DNA of 64,000 nt from an uncultured Gammaproteobacteria bacterium (GTDB lineage: Bacteria > Patescibacteriota > Microgenomatia > Levybacterales > GWA1-39-11), in NCBI GenBank assembly GCA_964504535.1, contig CAZDED010000001.1:101804-165803 (forward strand), given 5' to 3'. Shown here one piece after another: positions 38,494-47,680 of this stretch. The position numbers were made by a program, and so were the translations under genes. How positions within the stretch are numbered: position 1 is the first letter of the stretch; every line of letters starts with the position of its first letter. The notes beneath the pieces were generated by a model, which saw only the letters and a list, made by a program, of their open reading frames with translations, was not told the DNA's origin and ran no database searches.

Positions 38494-40617
38494 CTAAACT
38501 CCAGGAGCACCTCCAGGCTGACTTCCCGGCTCATCTTTTGGCTCGTCAGTTGGCAATTCTTGTTGCATTGCCATCTCGGCATGTCCAGCCTTACTTACAT
38601 CATCAGCTCTATCAACCATTGTGTCTTCCTCTTCTTTCTTTTGATCTACGGCTGTTAATACAGACTTGGCAGCTTCCATTTTTGCCTTAAGATATGAGAT
38701 AACTTCAGTCTTTGAGAATCCACCCAAAAGTAAGAATGGCAAGATATTTGCTACCCGCTCCATTCCCCTATCAACATTATCCTGGTTCTCAGAACTGAGA
38801 AGATTGATGGTCTCAGTTATGTTTTCTACATCTTGCTGTATAAATGAATGCTTGTCTGATGGAATTCCGTTTGGTCCGACTGGAGTTTCCATATTTTGAT
38901 AATTTTCTTGCCACATTTTCTTAACATCTTCATATTCTTCTATGCTTACCTGCTGAACCTGATTCGTTTGTGGCAACTTTACATCCTTAATATTTGCGAG
39001 TGATTCTTTTTTCTGTCCTGGTAATACTGCCTTGGTTTTGTTATTTACTTCTTCAGATACTTTAGAAGCAGATAAAACGTTGTCGGCCAATTTGTCTCCT
39101 TGTTTTTGTTGAGCAACAAGCTTTTCTTTAATTGTTGTGAATTTCTCCCTATCATGTGTGGCGGTCGCAGTGGTCGGCTTTGAGATCTTTTCGAGTGTTT
39201 CATGGAACTTGTTTACCTCGGTTCTTGAAACACTATCATGCTTCATCATTGATGTCTCATATCGCGCGATGTCTCTCATCTTAGGAACAGTAAGATTTGC
39301 AAGGCGCAATACGTCACGAGTCTCCCTTACAGATTGCAGACTACTTAGTGATGCCCGCTCCAATGTACTTGTTGTTCTTGAGGCAGGAATTTCCATCGAA
39401 CGTTTGTTGAAGAATGGAATGCTCTTAGCAAGTCCAAATGGTGAAGGTTGCTGCGGTGGCTGGCCCGGGGCAGGGGACGGTCCACCATACGCCTTATTAA
39501 ACCAGGAGTTTGAGGTAATTTTTTTAACAACCGGGCTTTCTCCAATTGACATCCCGGAAAGATAATCAAGAAATATTTGGAGCAATAAGAATGGCAAGAG
39601 AATTACCACCCAAAGCATGAGAAGAGCGACAACATACAGGGCAAAGGTATCATTAACATTTACCGAATTATCCAATCCAATTTGCTGGCCAGGCCCTCCA
39701 AGCAAGATATTTATAGCGGTCTTGTACCTGACTTGATCAGGAACATTTTTTGAAAAATCAAAAAACATCGGTATCCCACTTCTCCAAACATTCACAAGAC
39801 CGTGAAGAAATAGCGCAAACAATGGAGCGTATAGTAGCCAACGGAAAAACTCTCCTATCCAAATTTTTGCTGTATTTTTGACGGGTCGGAAAAATAAAAG
39901 GAGCGGAAATATTGGAGAAACGATAATAAAAAACCACAAGATGATTTTTCTTATGATAAGAAGTCCTGTCATGACATAGTAGGTTATTGCCGTAAGTTTT
40001 ACTAAAAGAAGAGATATAAATGCGGACTCGTCATATTCTATACCGACCTTCCTAAAACCAAGGAAATCGTATTGGAACGCAATATAGAGAAGATCTCTTG
40101 AATCAATATTTCGATTTGTTCCATCTAGGGGATCTTTTATGTTGAGGAAAAATCCTTGTAAAACATCCGTCGCTTGGTACAGAAACCTGATAATAGCAAA
40201 AGACAGTACAACAAGAACTACAATAAAGATGAAACGGGGAATAAATTTCATAATTGTCAGATTTTGACCGCGGGTTATGATCATTACAAAGGCAGATCCC
40301 AAAACAAATAGAGCCAAAAGTACAAAAACGATATTTCTAACAAGTGCCCAAAATGTTTGAATAGGATTTTCACCCGTAGAAGGCAATACAATCCATTTAT
40401 AATTTTGACTTTGAAGTGTCCAATCAAGAAAATTGTTGGCTCGGGTTGCAGTTTTACCGACAAAGGTAACTTCCTGATCTTTTACCCATCCTGTTGTGAC
40501 ATCAGGGGCTGTTGTAGGAACTGCTTGTGCATGGGTGGGACGACTAAAAGAGAAAAAGCCAACAAAAAGTATTGAAAATAAAAGGACTTTGATAAATCTG
40601 GGCAGTTTGTTATGCAT
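38494..40617 (-). CDS. Polytopic membrane protein (signal peptide, ~6 TM, then a ~380-aa hydrophilic coiled-coil/acidic C-terminal domain) with a VirB6/TrbL-like architecture. The likely start is MHNKLPRF at 40617.
   Basis: MHNKLPRFIKVLLFSILFVGFFSFSRPTHAQA is a signal peptide. Multiple long hydrophobic helices lie between residues ~120 and 400. The C-terminal half is charged, K/E/Q-rich, and ends in a DEPKDEPGSQPGGAPGV tail. Its ATG lies 1 nt after the stop of the upstream small gene. Confidence 0.5.
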   Translation of the reverse strand: MHNKLPRFIKVLLFSILFVGFFSFSRPTHAQAVPTTAPDVTTGWVKDQEVTFVGKTATRANNFLDWTLQSQNYKWIVLPSTGENPIQTFWALVRNIVFVLLALFVLGSAFVMIITRGQNLTIMKFIPRFIFIVVLVVLSFAIIRFLYQATDVLQGFFLNIKDPLDGTNRNIDSRDLLYIAFQYDFLGFRKVGIEYDESAFISLLLVKLTAITYYVMTGLLIIRKIILWFFIIVSPIFPLLLFFRPVKNTAKIWIGEFFRWLLYAPLFALFLHGLVNVWRSGIPMFFDFSKNVPDQVRYKTAINILLGGPGQQIGLDNSVNVNDTFALYVVALLMLWVVILLPFLLLQIFLDYLSGMSIGESPVVKKITSNSWFNKAYGGPSPAPGQPPQQPSPFGLAKSIPFFNKRSMEIPASRTTSTLERASLSSLQSVRETRDVLRLANLTVPKMRDIARYETSMMKHDSVSRTEVNKFHETLEKISKPTTATATHDREKFTTIKEKLVAQQKQGDKLADNVLSASKVSEEVNNKTKAVLPGQKKESLANIKDVKLPQTNQVQQVSIEEYEDVKKMWQENYQNMETPVGPNGIPSDKHSFIQQDVENITETINLLSSENQDNVDRGMERVANILPFLLLGGFSKTEVISYLKAKMEAAKSVLTAVDQKKEEEDTMVDRADDVSKAGHAEMAMQQELPTDEPKDEPGSQPGGAPGV

Positions 40618-40618
40618 A

Positions 40619-40936
40619 TCAAGAAAATCCTGGAATATGTAGAATATTCGTCGCGACAACCTGAATAAATACAAACCCAAAAATCGCAAGCAAAATCCCA
40701 ATGATGGCGTATGTTATATATGATTTACCTGTTTGAAGCTGCGCAGGATCCCCCCGAGATATAAGAATGTGGTATCCACCTATAATAAGAAAAAGTAATC
40801 CAACCAAGCCAATGAGTCCAAGCCCCCACGTATAAAATTTGCCTACAAAACCCGCAGGAGAACTAGGAAGACATCCAAAATCTGTCAGTATTTCGTTAGG
40901 CAAGCAGGTTAGAGCCATACTCATTAATACTAGCAT
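40619..40936 (-). CDS. Small (105 aa) two-helix membrane protein resembling the TrbC/VirB2-type (T4SS pilin-like) fold.
   Basis: An N-terminal hydrophobic, signal-like segment is followed by GKFYTWGLGLIGLVGLLFLIIGGYHILISRGDPAQLQTGKSYITYAIIGILLAIFGFVFIQVVATNIL. This is two hydrophobic helices flanking a short polar loop, as in VirB2/TrbC pilins. It lies 34 nt downstream of dnaK. Confidence 0.4.
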   Translation of the reverse strand: MLVLMSMALTCLPNEILTDFGCLPSSPAGFVGKFYTWGLGLIGLVGLLFLIIGGYHILISRGDPAQLQTGKSYITYAIIGILLAIFGFVFIQVVATNILHIPGFS

Positions 40937-40970
40937 TTTTTATGCTTGCAAGGCAATGTTTTTGGAAAAA

Positions 40971-42896
40971 TTAACTAACTACTTCGCCTTCTTCGGCGTC
41001 TTCTTTCTTTGAGGAACTGTCGTCGGTGTTGTCGTCCGATTTTGGCTCTTCCGAACCTGTATTTTTATGTTCTTCCGTACCCTGTCCACTGTCTCCTGTC
41101 CCTTGATTCGCATACATCTTTTCTCCGACCTTTGAGATTTTCTCTGAGAGATCCTTTGTTTTTGATTCGATCTCATCCTTGTCTTCTCCATCTTTTACCT
41201 TTTTTAACTCGGAAATTGCCTCTTCTACTTCCTTTTTGTCCGCCTCTTCAATTTTCCCTTCCATATCTTTCATTGATTTTTCTGCCGTAAAGATGAGATT
41301 ATCAGCACTATTTTTTACCTCAATAAGTTCTTTCTTTTTCGCATCCTCATCTGCATGCATTTCTGCATCCTGGGTCATCTTTTTGATTTCATCATCTGTA
41401 AGCCCAGTTGAACCTGTTATTTTGATGCTTTGCTCTTTCCCAGTTGCCTTATCTTTTGCTGTTACAGACAAGATTCCTGACGCATCGATGTCAAAAGTTA
41501 CCTCAACTTGCGGTACTCCCCGAGGTGCAGGTGGAATTCCATCCAATATAAATCGTCCGAGTGACTTGTTGTCGTTTGCCATTGGACGCTCTCCCTGAAC
41601 AACATTAATTTCGACTTGTGTTTGATTATCAGCTGCTGTTGAGAATACTTGTGATTTTTTACTTGGAATTGTTGTATTTTTCTCAATTAATGGAGTTGCA
41701 ACTCCACCCATTGTTTCGATTCCAAGCGTCAAAGGTGTAACGTCTAACAAAAGCACATCTTTCACTTCTCCACCCAGAACCCCAGCCTGTACTGCAGCAC
41801 CAACTGCAACAACTTCGTCCGGATTTACTGATTTATTTGGTTCTTTGCCAAAGAATTTTGATACTTCCTCAATTATTTTTGGCATTCTCGTCATACCTCC
41901 AACAAGAATTACCTCATCAATTCCTGATGTTTCAACCTTAGCATCTTTTAAAGCCTGCTTGACTGGTCCAAATGATTTTTCAACAAGGGGGGAAACCAAT
42001 TGCTCCAACTTTGATCGTGGGATTTTAACCGTTAAGTGAAGTGGTCCATTTGGTCCTTGAGTTATAAATGGTTGATTGATCTCAGCTTCCATTGATGAAG
42101 ATAACTCAATTTTTGCTTTCTCAGCAGACTCTTTAAGTCTTTGTAGAGCTTGAGGATCGGACCGAAGATCAATATTATTGTCCTTCTTAAATTCATCTGC
42201 TAGGTAATCGATAAGTACTTGATCAAAATCATCTCCACCAAGATGAGTGTCTCCGTTCGTTGCTTTTACCTCATATACTCCTTCTCCCAATTCGAGGACT
42301 GAAATATCAAATGTTCCTCCTCCAAGATCATAAACTGCTACTGTATGTGCATGTTTTTTGTCTAACCCATAAGCTAGTGCTGCTGCTGTTGGTTCGTTAA
42401 CGATTCGGAGTACTTCAAGTCCAGCAATTTCTCCAGCCTGTTTTGTGGCTTGTCTTTGGGCATCGTCAAAATATGCAGGAACGGTAATAACAGCTTGAGT
42501 TATTTTGTCTCCCAAATAATCCTCGGCATCCTTTTTTAGTTTTTGAAGAATTTGTGCAGAAATTTCTTGTGGAGTAAATGTTTTACCATCAACCTCAACA
42601 ACAGCCATGCCTTCGCGCCCAGACTTTACATCGTATGGCAAAAGCTTAAGGTCTTTTTGGACAGACTCGTCTTTCAATTTTCGACCCATAAGTCTTTTTA
42701 CTGAAAAGACAATCTTTTTTGGTTTTAGAACCATCTGACGCTTTGCAACATCACCAACAACTCTCTCGATTGGATCGACAACCGAAGGAGTAGTGTTTCT
42801 TCCTTCAGATGAAAAGATGACTTTTGGAGAGCCTCCCTCCATTACAGCCATACATGAATTTGTTGTTCCTAAATCTATTCCTATAATTTTTCCCAT
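40971..42896 (-). CDS. dnaK: Molecular chaperone DnaK (Hsp70).
   Basis: It begins [22 protein letters not shown] and contains [13 protein letters not shown] and [13 protein letters not shown]. It has an acidic, Gly-poor C-terminal tail. Confidence 0.95.
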   Translation of the reverse strand: MGKIIGIDLGTTNSCMAVMEGGSPKVIFSSEGRNTTPSVVDPIERVVGDVAKRQMVLKPKKIVFSVKRLMGRKLKDESVQKDLKLLPYDVKSGREGMAVVEVDGKTFTPQEISAQILQKLKKDAEDYLGDKITQAVITVPAYFDDAQRQATKQAGEIAGLEVLRIVNEPTAAALAYGLDKKHAHTVAVYDLGGGTFDISVLELGEGVYEVKATNGDTHLGGDDFDQVLIDYLADEFKKDNNIDLRSDPQALQRLKESAEKAKIELSSSMEAEINQPFITQGPNGPLHLTVKIPRSKLEQLVSPLVEKSFGPVKQALKDAKVETSGIDEVILVGGMTRMPKIIEEVSKFFGKEPNKSVNPDEVVAVGAAVQAGVLGGEVKDVLLLDVTPLTLGIETMGGVATPLIEKNTTIPSKKSQVFSTAADNQTQVEINVVQGERPMANDNKSLGRFILDGIPPAPRGVPQVEVTFDIDASGILSVTAKDKATGKEQSIKITGSTGLTDDEIKKMTQDAEMHADEDAKKKELIEVKNSADNLIFTAEKSMKDMEGKIEEADKKEVEEAISELKKVKDGEDKDEIESKTKDLSEKISKVGEKMYANQGTGDSGQGTEEHKNTGSEEPKSDDNTDDSSSKKEDAEEGEVVS

Positions 42897-42947
42897 ATGT
42901 TTTTAATTATTTAATAAACTTTATACTTTATTCTATATTCTATATTC

Positions 42948-43454
42948 TTAATTCTTAAGGTCTTCCCCGTTACCAACTTTTACCTGTGCTGGACGGATCA
43001 GTCTTCCATTTATCATAAATCCCGGTCTTACTTCTTCAATTACGGTGTCTTTGGCTCCAGGTACCACTTCTATCACTTCCATTGAGTCTGCATTATATTT
43101 TACATTCTCACACTGTATCTTATCAATACCATTTTGTTGTAAGACTTCAAGTATTCTTCCGATTGTCAATTTTACACTCTCATCTGTTGTATATTTTCCT
43201 GCCAAAAAGAGTGTATCAAATGCAGGCAAAAGTGCTTCTATTAATTGCTTGTTTGCAAATTTGACTGCCTCACTTCTTTCATCAAAACTTCTTCTTTCTA
43301 AGTTTCTATAGTCTGCTACTGCCCGTTTTAGTTGCTCATCAAGTTCTTGTATCTTTACATCCCGTTCGTCTACCTCTTCGGTAATCTCCTCAATAATTTC
43401 TTCTTCGTCCTTTTTATCTTGTTTTATCTTATTATTATCCATCGCACTAATCAC
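42948..43454 (-). CDS. grpE: Nucleotide exchange factor GrpE.
   Basis: It has an acidic N-terminus and a coiled-coil (DYRNLERRSFDERSEAVKFANKQLIEALLPAFDTL). The C-terminal beta domain reads EVVPGAKDTVIEEVRPGFMINGRLIRPAQVKV. Confidence 0.9.
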   Translation of the reverse strand: MISAMDNNKIKQDKKDEEEIIEEITEEVDERDVKIQELDEQLKRAVADYRNLERRSFDERSEAVKFANKQLIEALLPAFDTLFLAGKYTTDESVKLTIGRILEVLQQNGIDKIQCENVKYNADSMEVIEVVPGAKDTVIEEVRPGFMINGRLIRPAQVKVGNGEDLKN

Positions 43455-43480
43455 TATTTACTAATTCCTAATCACTGATT

Positions 43481-44203
43481 TTACCATCCTGCAACTTCTT
43501 CTATTAAAGAGCCGTAGTATCTTACTAGTGGTACGATATTTTCGTATCGAAGTCTTGCAGGCCCGATAACTCCAATAGTACCATCATGATTTCCTCGCGT
43601 GTGGAATTTAGAAAACACAAAACTGTATGGTTTGAATAGTTCTAATTCCAAATCTTCTCCCAAAATTACTGAAAATTTCTCATGAATATTTCCAAAAATC
43701 GTATCAAAATAAGTTGAATTATCTAATAAATTTAATAAATTCTTCGTGACATCGATGTCATAAAATTCTGGCATATCCAAAATGTGAGAGTATCCAGAAC
43801 AGTAAAAGTCACCCATGTCATTTCTCGCAACCGCCAATGTTCCTGTTTTATCAGCTAGTCTCTGAGTTGCTGTACGCATGAATTCTCCTTCTTTTTCCCG
43901 TACATCCCAAACCTTTTCTTTTGCTTCAACCTCCTCAGCAACTGAAAGATCCTTCTCTTTCATTAATTCATTGACGTACAGTTTCATCGCTTTTGAAGTC
44001 GGAATACGGCCAGCCGATGTATGAGGTTTTGCAAGATATCCCTTTTTGACCATTACGGCCATCTCGTTCCTTATCGTAGCGGGGCTCACACCTACATCAT
44101 ACTTTTTCTCCAATGTTTCGGAGCCGACTGGGTTTGCCGTATCGATATATTCTTTAACTATCTGCTTTAATATCTCGATTTGTCTCTGTGTTAAATCGTA
44201 CAT
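43481..44203 (-). CDS. hrcA: Heat-inducible transcription repressor HrcA (short form).
   Basis: It has an N-terminal winged helix (LTQRQIEILKQIVKEYIDTANPVGSETLEKKYDVGVSPATIRNEMAVMVKKGYL), and a CIRCE operator lies immediately upstream. Confidence 0.85.
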   Translation of the reverse strand: MYDLTQRQIEILKQIVKEYIDTANPVGSETLEKKYDVGVSPATIRNEMAVMVKKGYLAKPHTSAGRIPTSKAMKLYVNELMKEKDLSVAEEVEAKEKVWDVREKEGEFMRTATQRLADKTGTLAVARNDMGDFYCSGYSHILDMPEFYDIDVTKNLLNLLDNSTYFDTIFGNIHEKFSVILGEDLELELFKPYSFVFSKFHTRGNHDGTIGVIGPARLRYENIVPLVRYYGSLIEEVAGW

Positions 44204-44268
44204 AATAAGATTGTAATGAAGTTAATGAATTCAATCTCATATAACCTTCCGTTTGGTGATATACGAGA

Positions 44269-44295
44269 TTAGCAATACTATATCACGAGTGCTAA
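44269..44295. promoter_or_regulatory. CIRCE operator (HrcA binding site): TTAGCAATA-N9-GAGTGCTAA.
   Basis: The half-sites are at 44269-44277 (7 of 9 matches to TTAGCACTC) and 44287-44295 (a perfect GAGTGCTAA), separated by a 9-nt spacer. It lies 66 nt upstream of the hrcA ATG. Confidence 0.8.
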
Positions 44296-44305
44296 ATTAT
44301 GTCAA
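44277..44305 (-). promoter_or_regulatory. Sigma-A-type promoter for the hrcA operon that overlaps CIRCE (TTGACA-17-TATAGT).
   Basis: On the minus strand the -35 TTGACA is at 44305-44300 and the -10 TATAGT at 44282-44277, with a 17-nt spacer. CIRCE occupies the spacer and the -10, which is the classic arrangement. Confidence 0.5.
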
Positions 44306-44334
44306 GCCCCTCCTATTTATGGTACTCTAGACGC

Positions 44335-44670
44335 ATGCAGAAAAGGAAAAAATTGATCCCACATTTGATTATTGCCATACTTGCACTTCTTGGCGTAACA
44401 CTGTTAGTTATTACTTTTAGTCCCGCCCGTCACATAGATTTATCTTTTACAAAACTTTCCCCAGTCATACCATTTTTCTTATGCGTCTTTCTCTCAATAG
44501 CCGGAATATTAGGGTTTATTTTGAATAATTTGAGACACGGTATCCTCGCAGCACTATTTGCAGTTGCTTTTTTCCTTTTGCAAATGATGCGGTACAACAA
44601 TATTTTTTACACAATAATACTCATTATTATCTTTGTTCTTCTTGAATTTCTTTTTTGGAAAAAGAAGTGA
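44335..44670 (+). CDS. Small 4-TM membrane protein. The ORF-track start at 44299 would overlap the hrcA promoter, so the Met at 44335 is preferred.
   Basis: Hydrophobic helices are found at LIPHLIIAILALLGVTLLVITF, VIPFFLCVFLSIAGILGFIL, GILAALFAVAFFLLQMM and FYTIILIIIFVLLEFLFW. There is no recognised motif. Confidence 0.35.
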   Translation: MQKRKKLIPHLIIAILALLGVTLLVITFSPARHIDLSFTKLSPVIPFFLCVFLSIAGILGFILNNLRHGILAALFAVAFFLLQMMRYNNIFYTIILIIIFVLLEFLFWKKK

Positions 44671-44705
44671 TTTTCTTTTAGCCTCAAAAATTGGTATAAT
44701 ATCGT

Positions 44706-46121
44706 ATGAATAAATATTTTATTACAACTGCAATTCCTTATGTAAATGGCAAACCACACATTGGTCATGCTCTTGAATATTTCCAGGCAGATACGATAAG
44801 AAATTATCGAAAACTTTTAGGAGATGATACTCTATTTCTATCTGGAGCTGATGAGAACGCATTAAAGAATGTTCAGGCAGCAGAAAAAGAAAATATTCCG
44901 ATACAGGAATTCTTAGACAAGAACTCTCAGGTTTTTAAAGACTCATACAAAAAACTTGGAATTCATCTTGATGTTTTTGAAAGAGGCTCTGACCGAGAAA
45001 AGCATTGGCCTGGAGTCCAAAAATTATGGGAACTCTGCGATAAGAATGGAGATATCTACAAAAAATCATACACAGGTCTATACTGTGTTGGATGCGAGAG
45101 TTTTAAAACTGAAAAGGAACTCGTTGATGGAAAATGTCCAGATCATTTAACAGAACCTGAAAAAATCACTGAAGAAAATTACTTTTTCAAACTCTCAAAT
45201 TATCAAGAAAAGCTTTTAGAATTAATCGAATCTAATAAACTACAAATAATTCCTGAAAATAAACGGAATGAAATTATTTCTTTTATCAAACAAGGGCTTG
45301 ATGACTTTTCCATTTCAAGATCTACTGAACGAGCCCGCGGTGTTGGGGTTCCAGTTCCCGGTGATGATTCACAAGTAATGTATGTTTGGTTTGATGCTTT
45401 GGCAATTTACATAACTGGCATTGGATACGGATATGATGAAGAGAATTTTAATAAATGGTGGCCGGCAGATATTCATGTTATTGGAAAAGACATAAATCGT
45501 TTTCATACTGTTTATTGGCCCGCGATGTTAATGTCTGCTGGGCTTGATATTCCAAAAACAATTTTAATTCACGGCTTCATAACGTCGAAAGGACAAAAAA
45601 TGTCAAAAACACTTGGCAATGTTATTGATCCATTTGAAATTGCCCAAAGATATGGGCTTGAACCATTCCGCTATTTTATGCTTTCTCAAATTCCAACTGA
45701 TGATGATGGAGACTTTACAGAAGAAAGATTTCGGGAAATTTACAATGCACACTTAGCAAATGGTATTGGAAATCTTGTCGCAAGAATCGCAAAACTATGT
45801 GAAAATGTTGGATTTGTAAACGAGAACACACAATACGAGCTTAATACTAAAGTGACAGCTACTATTGAAGAATATAAATTTAATGTAGCACTAGAACATA
45901 TTTGGGGGAAGATTTCTGATTTGGATCGAGAAATAAATGAGAAAAAACCATGGACTCTTGAAGGAGATGAATTAATTAATTTTCTGAAGGATGCAACTCA
46001 TACGATTGGTCTTATCGGGTATCATCTTCAACCATTTTTACCGGAAACTGCTGCGAAAATTTTAAAACAATTTAGTGGAGAGATAAAAAGTTCAGATTCC
46101 CTTTTCCCCCGGATTTCATAA
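44706..46121 (+). CDS. metG: Methionyl-tRNA synthetase (minimal form, lacking the C-terminal tRNA-binding domain).
   Basis: It has the HIGH motif (PHIGHALEY), a zinc knuckle (CVGCESFKTEKELVDGKCPDH), YVWFDAL, and the KMSKS motif (KMSKTLGN). Confidence 0.9.
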   Translation: MNKYFITTAIPYVNGKPHIGHALEYFQADTIRNYRKLLGDDTLFLSGADENALKNVQAAEKENIPIQEFLDKNSQVFKDSYKKLGIHLDVFERGSDREKHWPGVQKLWELCDKNGDIYKKSYTGLYCVGCESFKTEKELVDGKCPDHLTEPEKITEENYFFKLSNYQEKLLELIESNKLQIIPENKRNEIISFIKQGLDDFSISRSTERARGVGVPVPGDDSQVMYVWFDALAIYITGIGYGYDEENFNKWWPADIHVIGKDINRFHTVYWPAMLMSAGLDIPKTILIHGFITSKGQKMSKTLGNVIDPFEIAQRYGLEPFRYFMLSQIPTDDDGDFTEERFREIYNAHLANGIGNLVARIAKLCENVGFVNENTQYELNTKVTATIEEYKFNVALEHIWGKISDLDREINEKKPWTLEGDELINFLKDATHTIGLIGYHLQPFLPETAAKILKQFSGEIKSSDSLFPRIS

Positions 46122-46153
46122 AAAAACCTCCCGTAGCGAACGAGAGGTTTTTT
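46121..46153. terminator. Bidirectional Rho-independent terminator between metG (+) and hsp20 (-).
   Basis: The stem cctcccg (46127-46133) / cgagagg (46141-46147) has a 7-nt loop. An A7 tract precedes it and a T6 tract follows it. Confidence 0.55.
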
Positions 46154-46180
46154 AAAGCCTAAGCTTAAACAGTTAAAAGA

Positions 46181-46618
46181 TTACTTTTTTGATTTTGCAG
46201 AAATTTTGATTTTTCGGGGCTCTTTCTTTTCTGCCTTTTTGAAGACTAACTTTAATACCCCATTTTCAAGTTCTGCGACCGGTTCTTGATCGGCAACTAT
46301 TCCTTCAGGAATTCTAAATGAGTAGTTAAATGTATTTGCCATCGAAGTCATGAAGTATCTTCTCTTAGTAGACTCTTCGTCATGCTGTTCAGCTGATCCA
46401 CTAATTCTGACTACTCCATTCTCAAATGTTATATCTATTTTTTCTTCAGGAATTCCAGGAACATGAGCTTCGGCTACCAAAGAGTCCTCAGTCTCATAAA
46501 GATTTAATCCTTGTGACATGAATTTTGATACACCAGGAAACGTAGGGAACTCAAAATCATCATCCAAAATTCTGTCTAGATTCCATGGATTTAATCGCAT
46601 TAATGACATATTGTTCAC
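46181..46618 (-). CDS. Small heat-shock protein (Hsp20/alpha-crystallin family).
   Basis: The alpha-crystallin domain reads EDSLVAEAHVPGIPEEKIDITFENGVVRISG...FRIPEGIVADQEPVAELENGVLKLVFKK. Confidence 0.9.
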   Translation of the reverse strand: MNNMSLMRLNPWNLDRILDDDFEFPTFPGVSKFMSQGLNLYETEDSLVAEAHVPGIPEEKIDITFENGVVRISGSAEQHDEESTKRRYFMTSMANTFNYSFRIPEGIVADQEPVAELENGVLKLVFKKAEKKEPRKIKISAKSKK

Positions 46619-46742
46619 CTCCTTTACATTATAATGATGAACTATTCAAGTTCAAATCATTCAATTTCTATCAGTATAGCACCGAGAGTGCTAATTTGTC
46701 AATACTTCCTATCTCTGGTATGATTGGTTTACTTTAACCCCT

Positions 46743-47606
46743 ATGAAAAGGCGTCTTCTTTTGGCTCTATCTATAATCCTTGTCGCATCAGGTCTCTTTC
46801 TTCTAGTGCGTGTCATCTATAGTTTTAAAGATATTGAAAAGGGAGGTCTACAAGTTACATCAAATGTAAAAGGTCGTGTTCTTTTGGATAATAAATATAT
46901 AGGTGATATCCCCGTTAGAAAGATCAATCAACCCGATACTGTTGCAGTTGGGAATTATGAATTACGTATCGAGCCGGAGGACAAAACACTTACTGCATAC
47001 ACAGCACGAGTGAGAGTAAATGGAGGAGTACTCACGGCAGTTGACAAGACTTTTCTCCCTGGATCTTTAGGAAGCTCCTATGTTCTAACTCTTGAGAAGT
47101 CGTCAAGCCCAAAACCACAAATTGAGATCACCACAATTCCTGATGGCGCCCTCGTTACAATTGACAGTGTTGCATTAGGAGCAACACCTTTCAAAACAGA
47201 TTCCCTGTCAGCATCAGAGCATGAGGTGGAAATACAAAAAGAGGGTTTTGCAAAAAAAACAATACGAATAAGGACAGTCGACAATCATATTCTCGTAGTA
47301 AGCGCGAGCTTGGGAACTGGTGATATCGGCACCATTCCGCAAATTACACCAAGTCTCTCACATGCATTAACCGGAACGCCTGCCGCTTCTCCTTCACCGG
47401 AAGTTACAGGCAAAGTTACAATACTCCCAACACCGAATGGATTTTTGAGAGTTAGAAGTGGAGCGGGAACTTCTTTTAGTGAAGTGGGAAGGGTCAAACC
47501 AAATGAAACGTACGATATTCTATCAGAACAATCTGGGTGGTTTGAAATTCAACTTGATGCAACAACTACCGGATGGGTAACTTCCCAATATTCTAAAAAA
47601 GAATAG
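46743..47606 (+). CDS. Membrane-anchored PEGA-domain plus SH3b-domain protein.
   Basis: It has an N-terminal TM, a PEGA-like repeat (IEITTIPDGALVTIDSVALGATPFKTDSLSASEHEVEIQKEGF) and a C-terminal bacterial SH3 (GFLRVRSGAGTSFSEVGRVKPNETYDILSEQSGWFEIQL...GWV). Confidence 0.6.
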   Translation: MKRRLLLALSIILVASGLFLLVRVIYSFKDIEKGGLQVTSNVKGRVLLDNKYIGDIPVRKINQPDTVAVGNYELRIEPEDKTLTAYTARVRVNGGVLTAVDKTFLPGSLGSSYVLTLEKSSSPKPQIEITTIPDGALVTIDSVALGATPFKTDSLSASEHEVEIQKEGFAKKTIRIRTVDNHILVVSASLGTGDIGTIPQITPSLSHALTGTPAASPSPEVTGKVTILPTPNGFLRVRSGAGTSFSEVGRVKPNETYDILSEQSGWFEIQLDATTTGWVTSQYSKKE

Positions 47607-47680
47607 TTAGTGTAGCGACTGCATAGGAGCGGAACCAAGACTTTCTACTATAGCTTAGATTTATAATCCTGAAGAAAGGC

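Noticed and set aside
40979-41686. ORFs 40979-41191(-), 41009-41290(+), 41179-41598(+) and 41498-41686(-) within dnaK.
   Set aside because: They are alternative-frame or antisense ORFs inside an unambiguous, highly conserved dnaK reading frame.
44299-44334. The ORF-track start (44299) of the small membrane protein divergent from hrcA.
   Set aside because: It would place coding sequence over the hrcA -35 element and immediately abut CIRCE. The Met at 44335 is more plausible, and the gene itself remains low-confidence.
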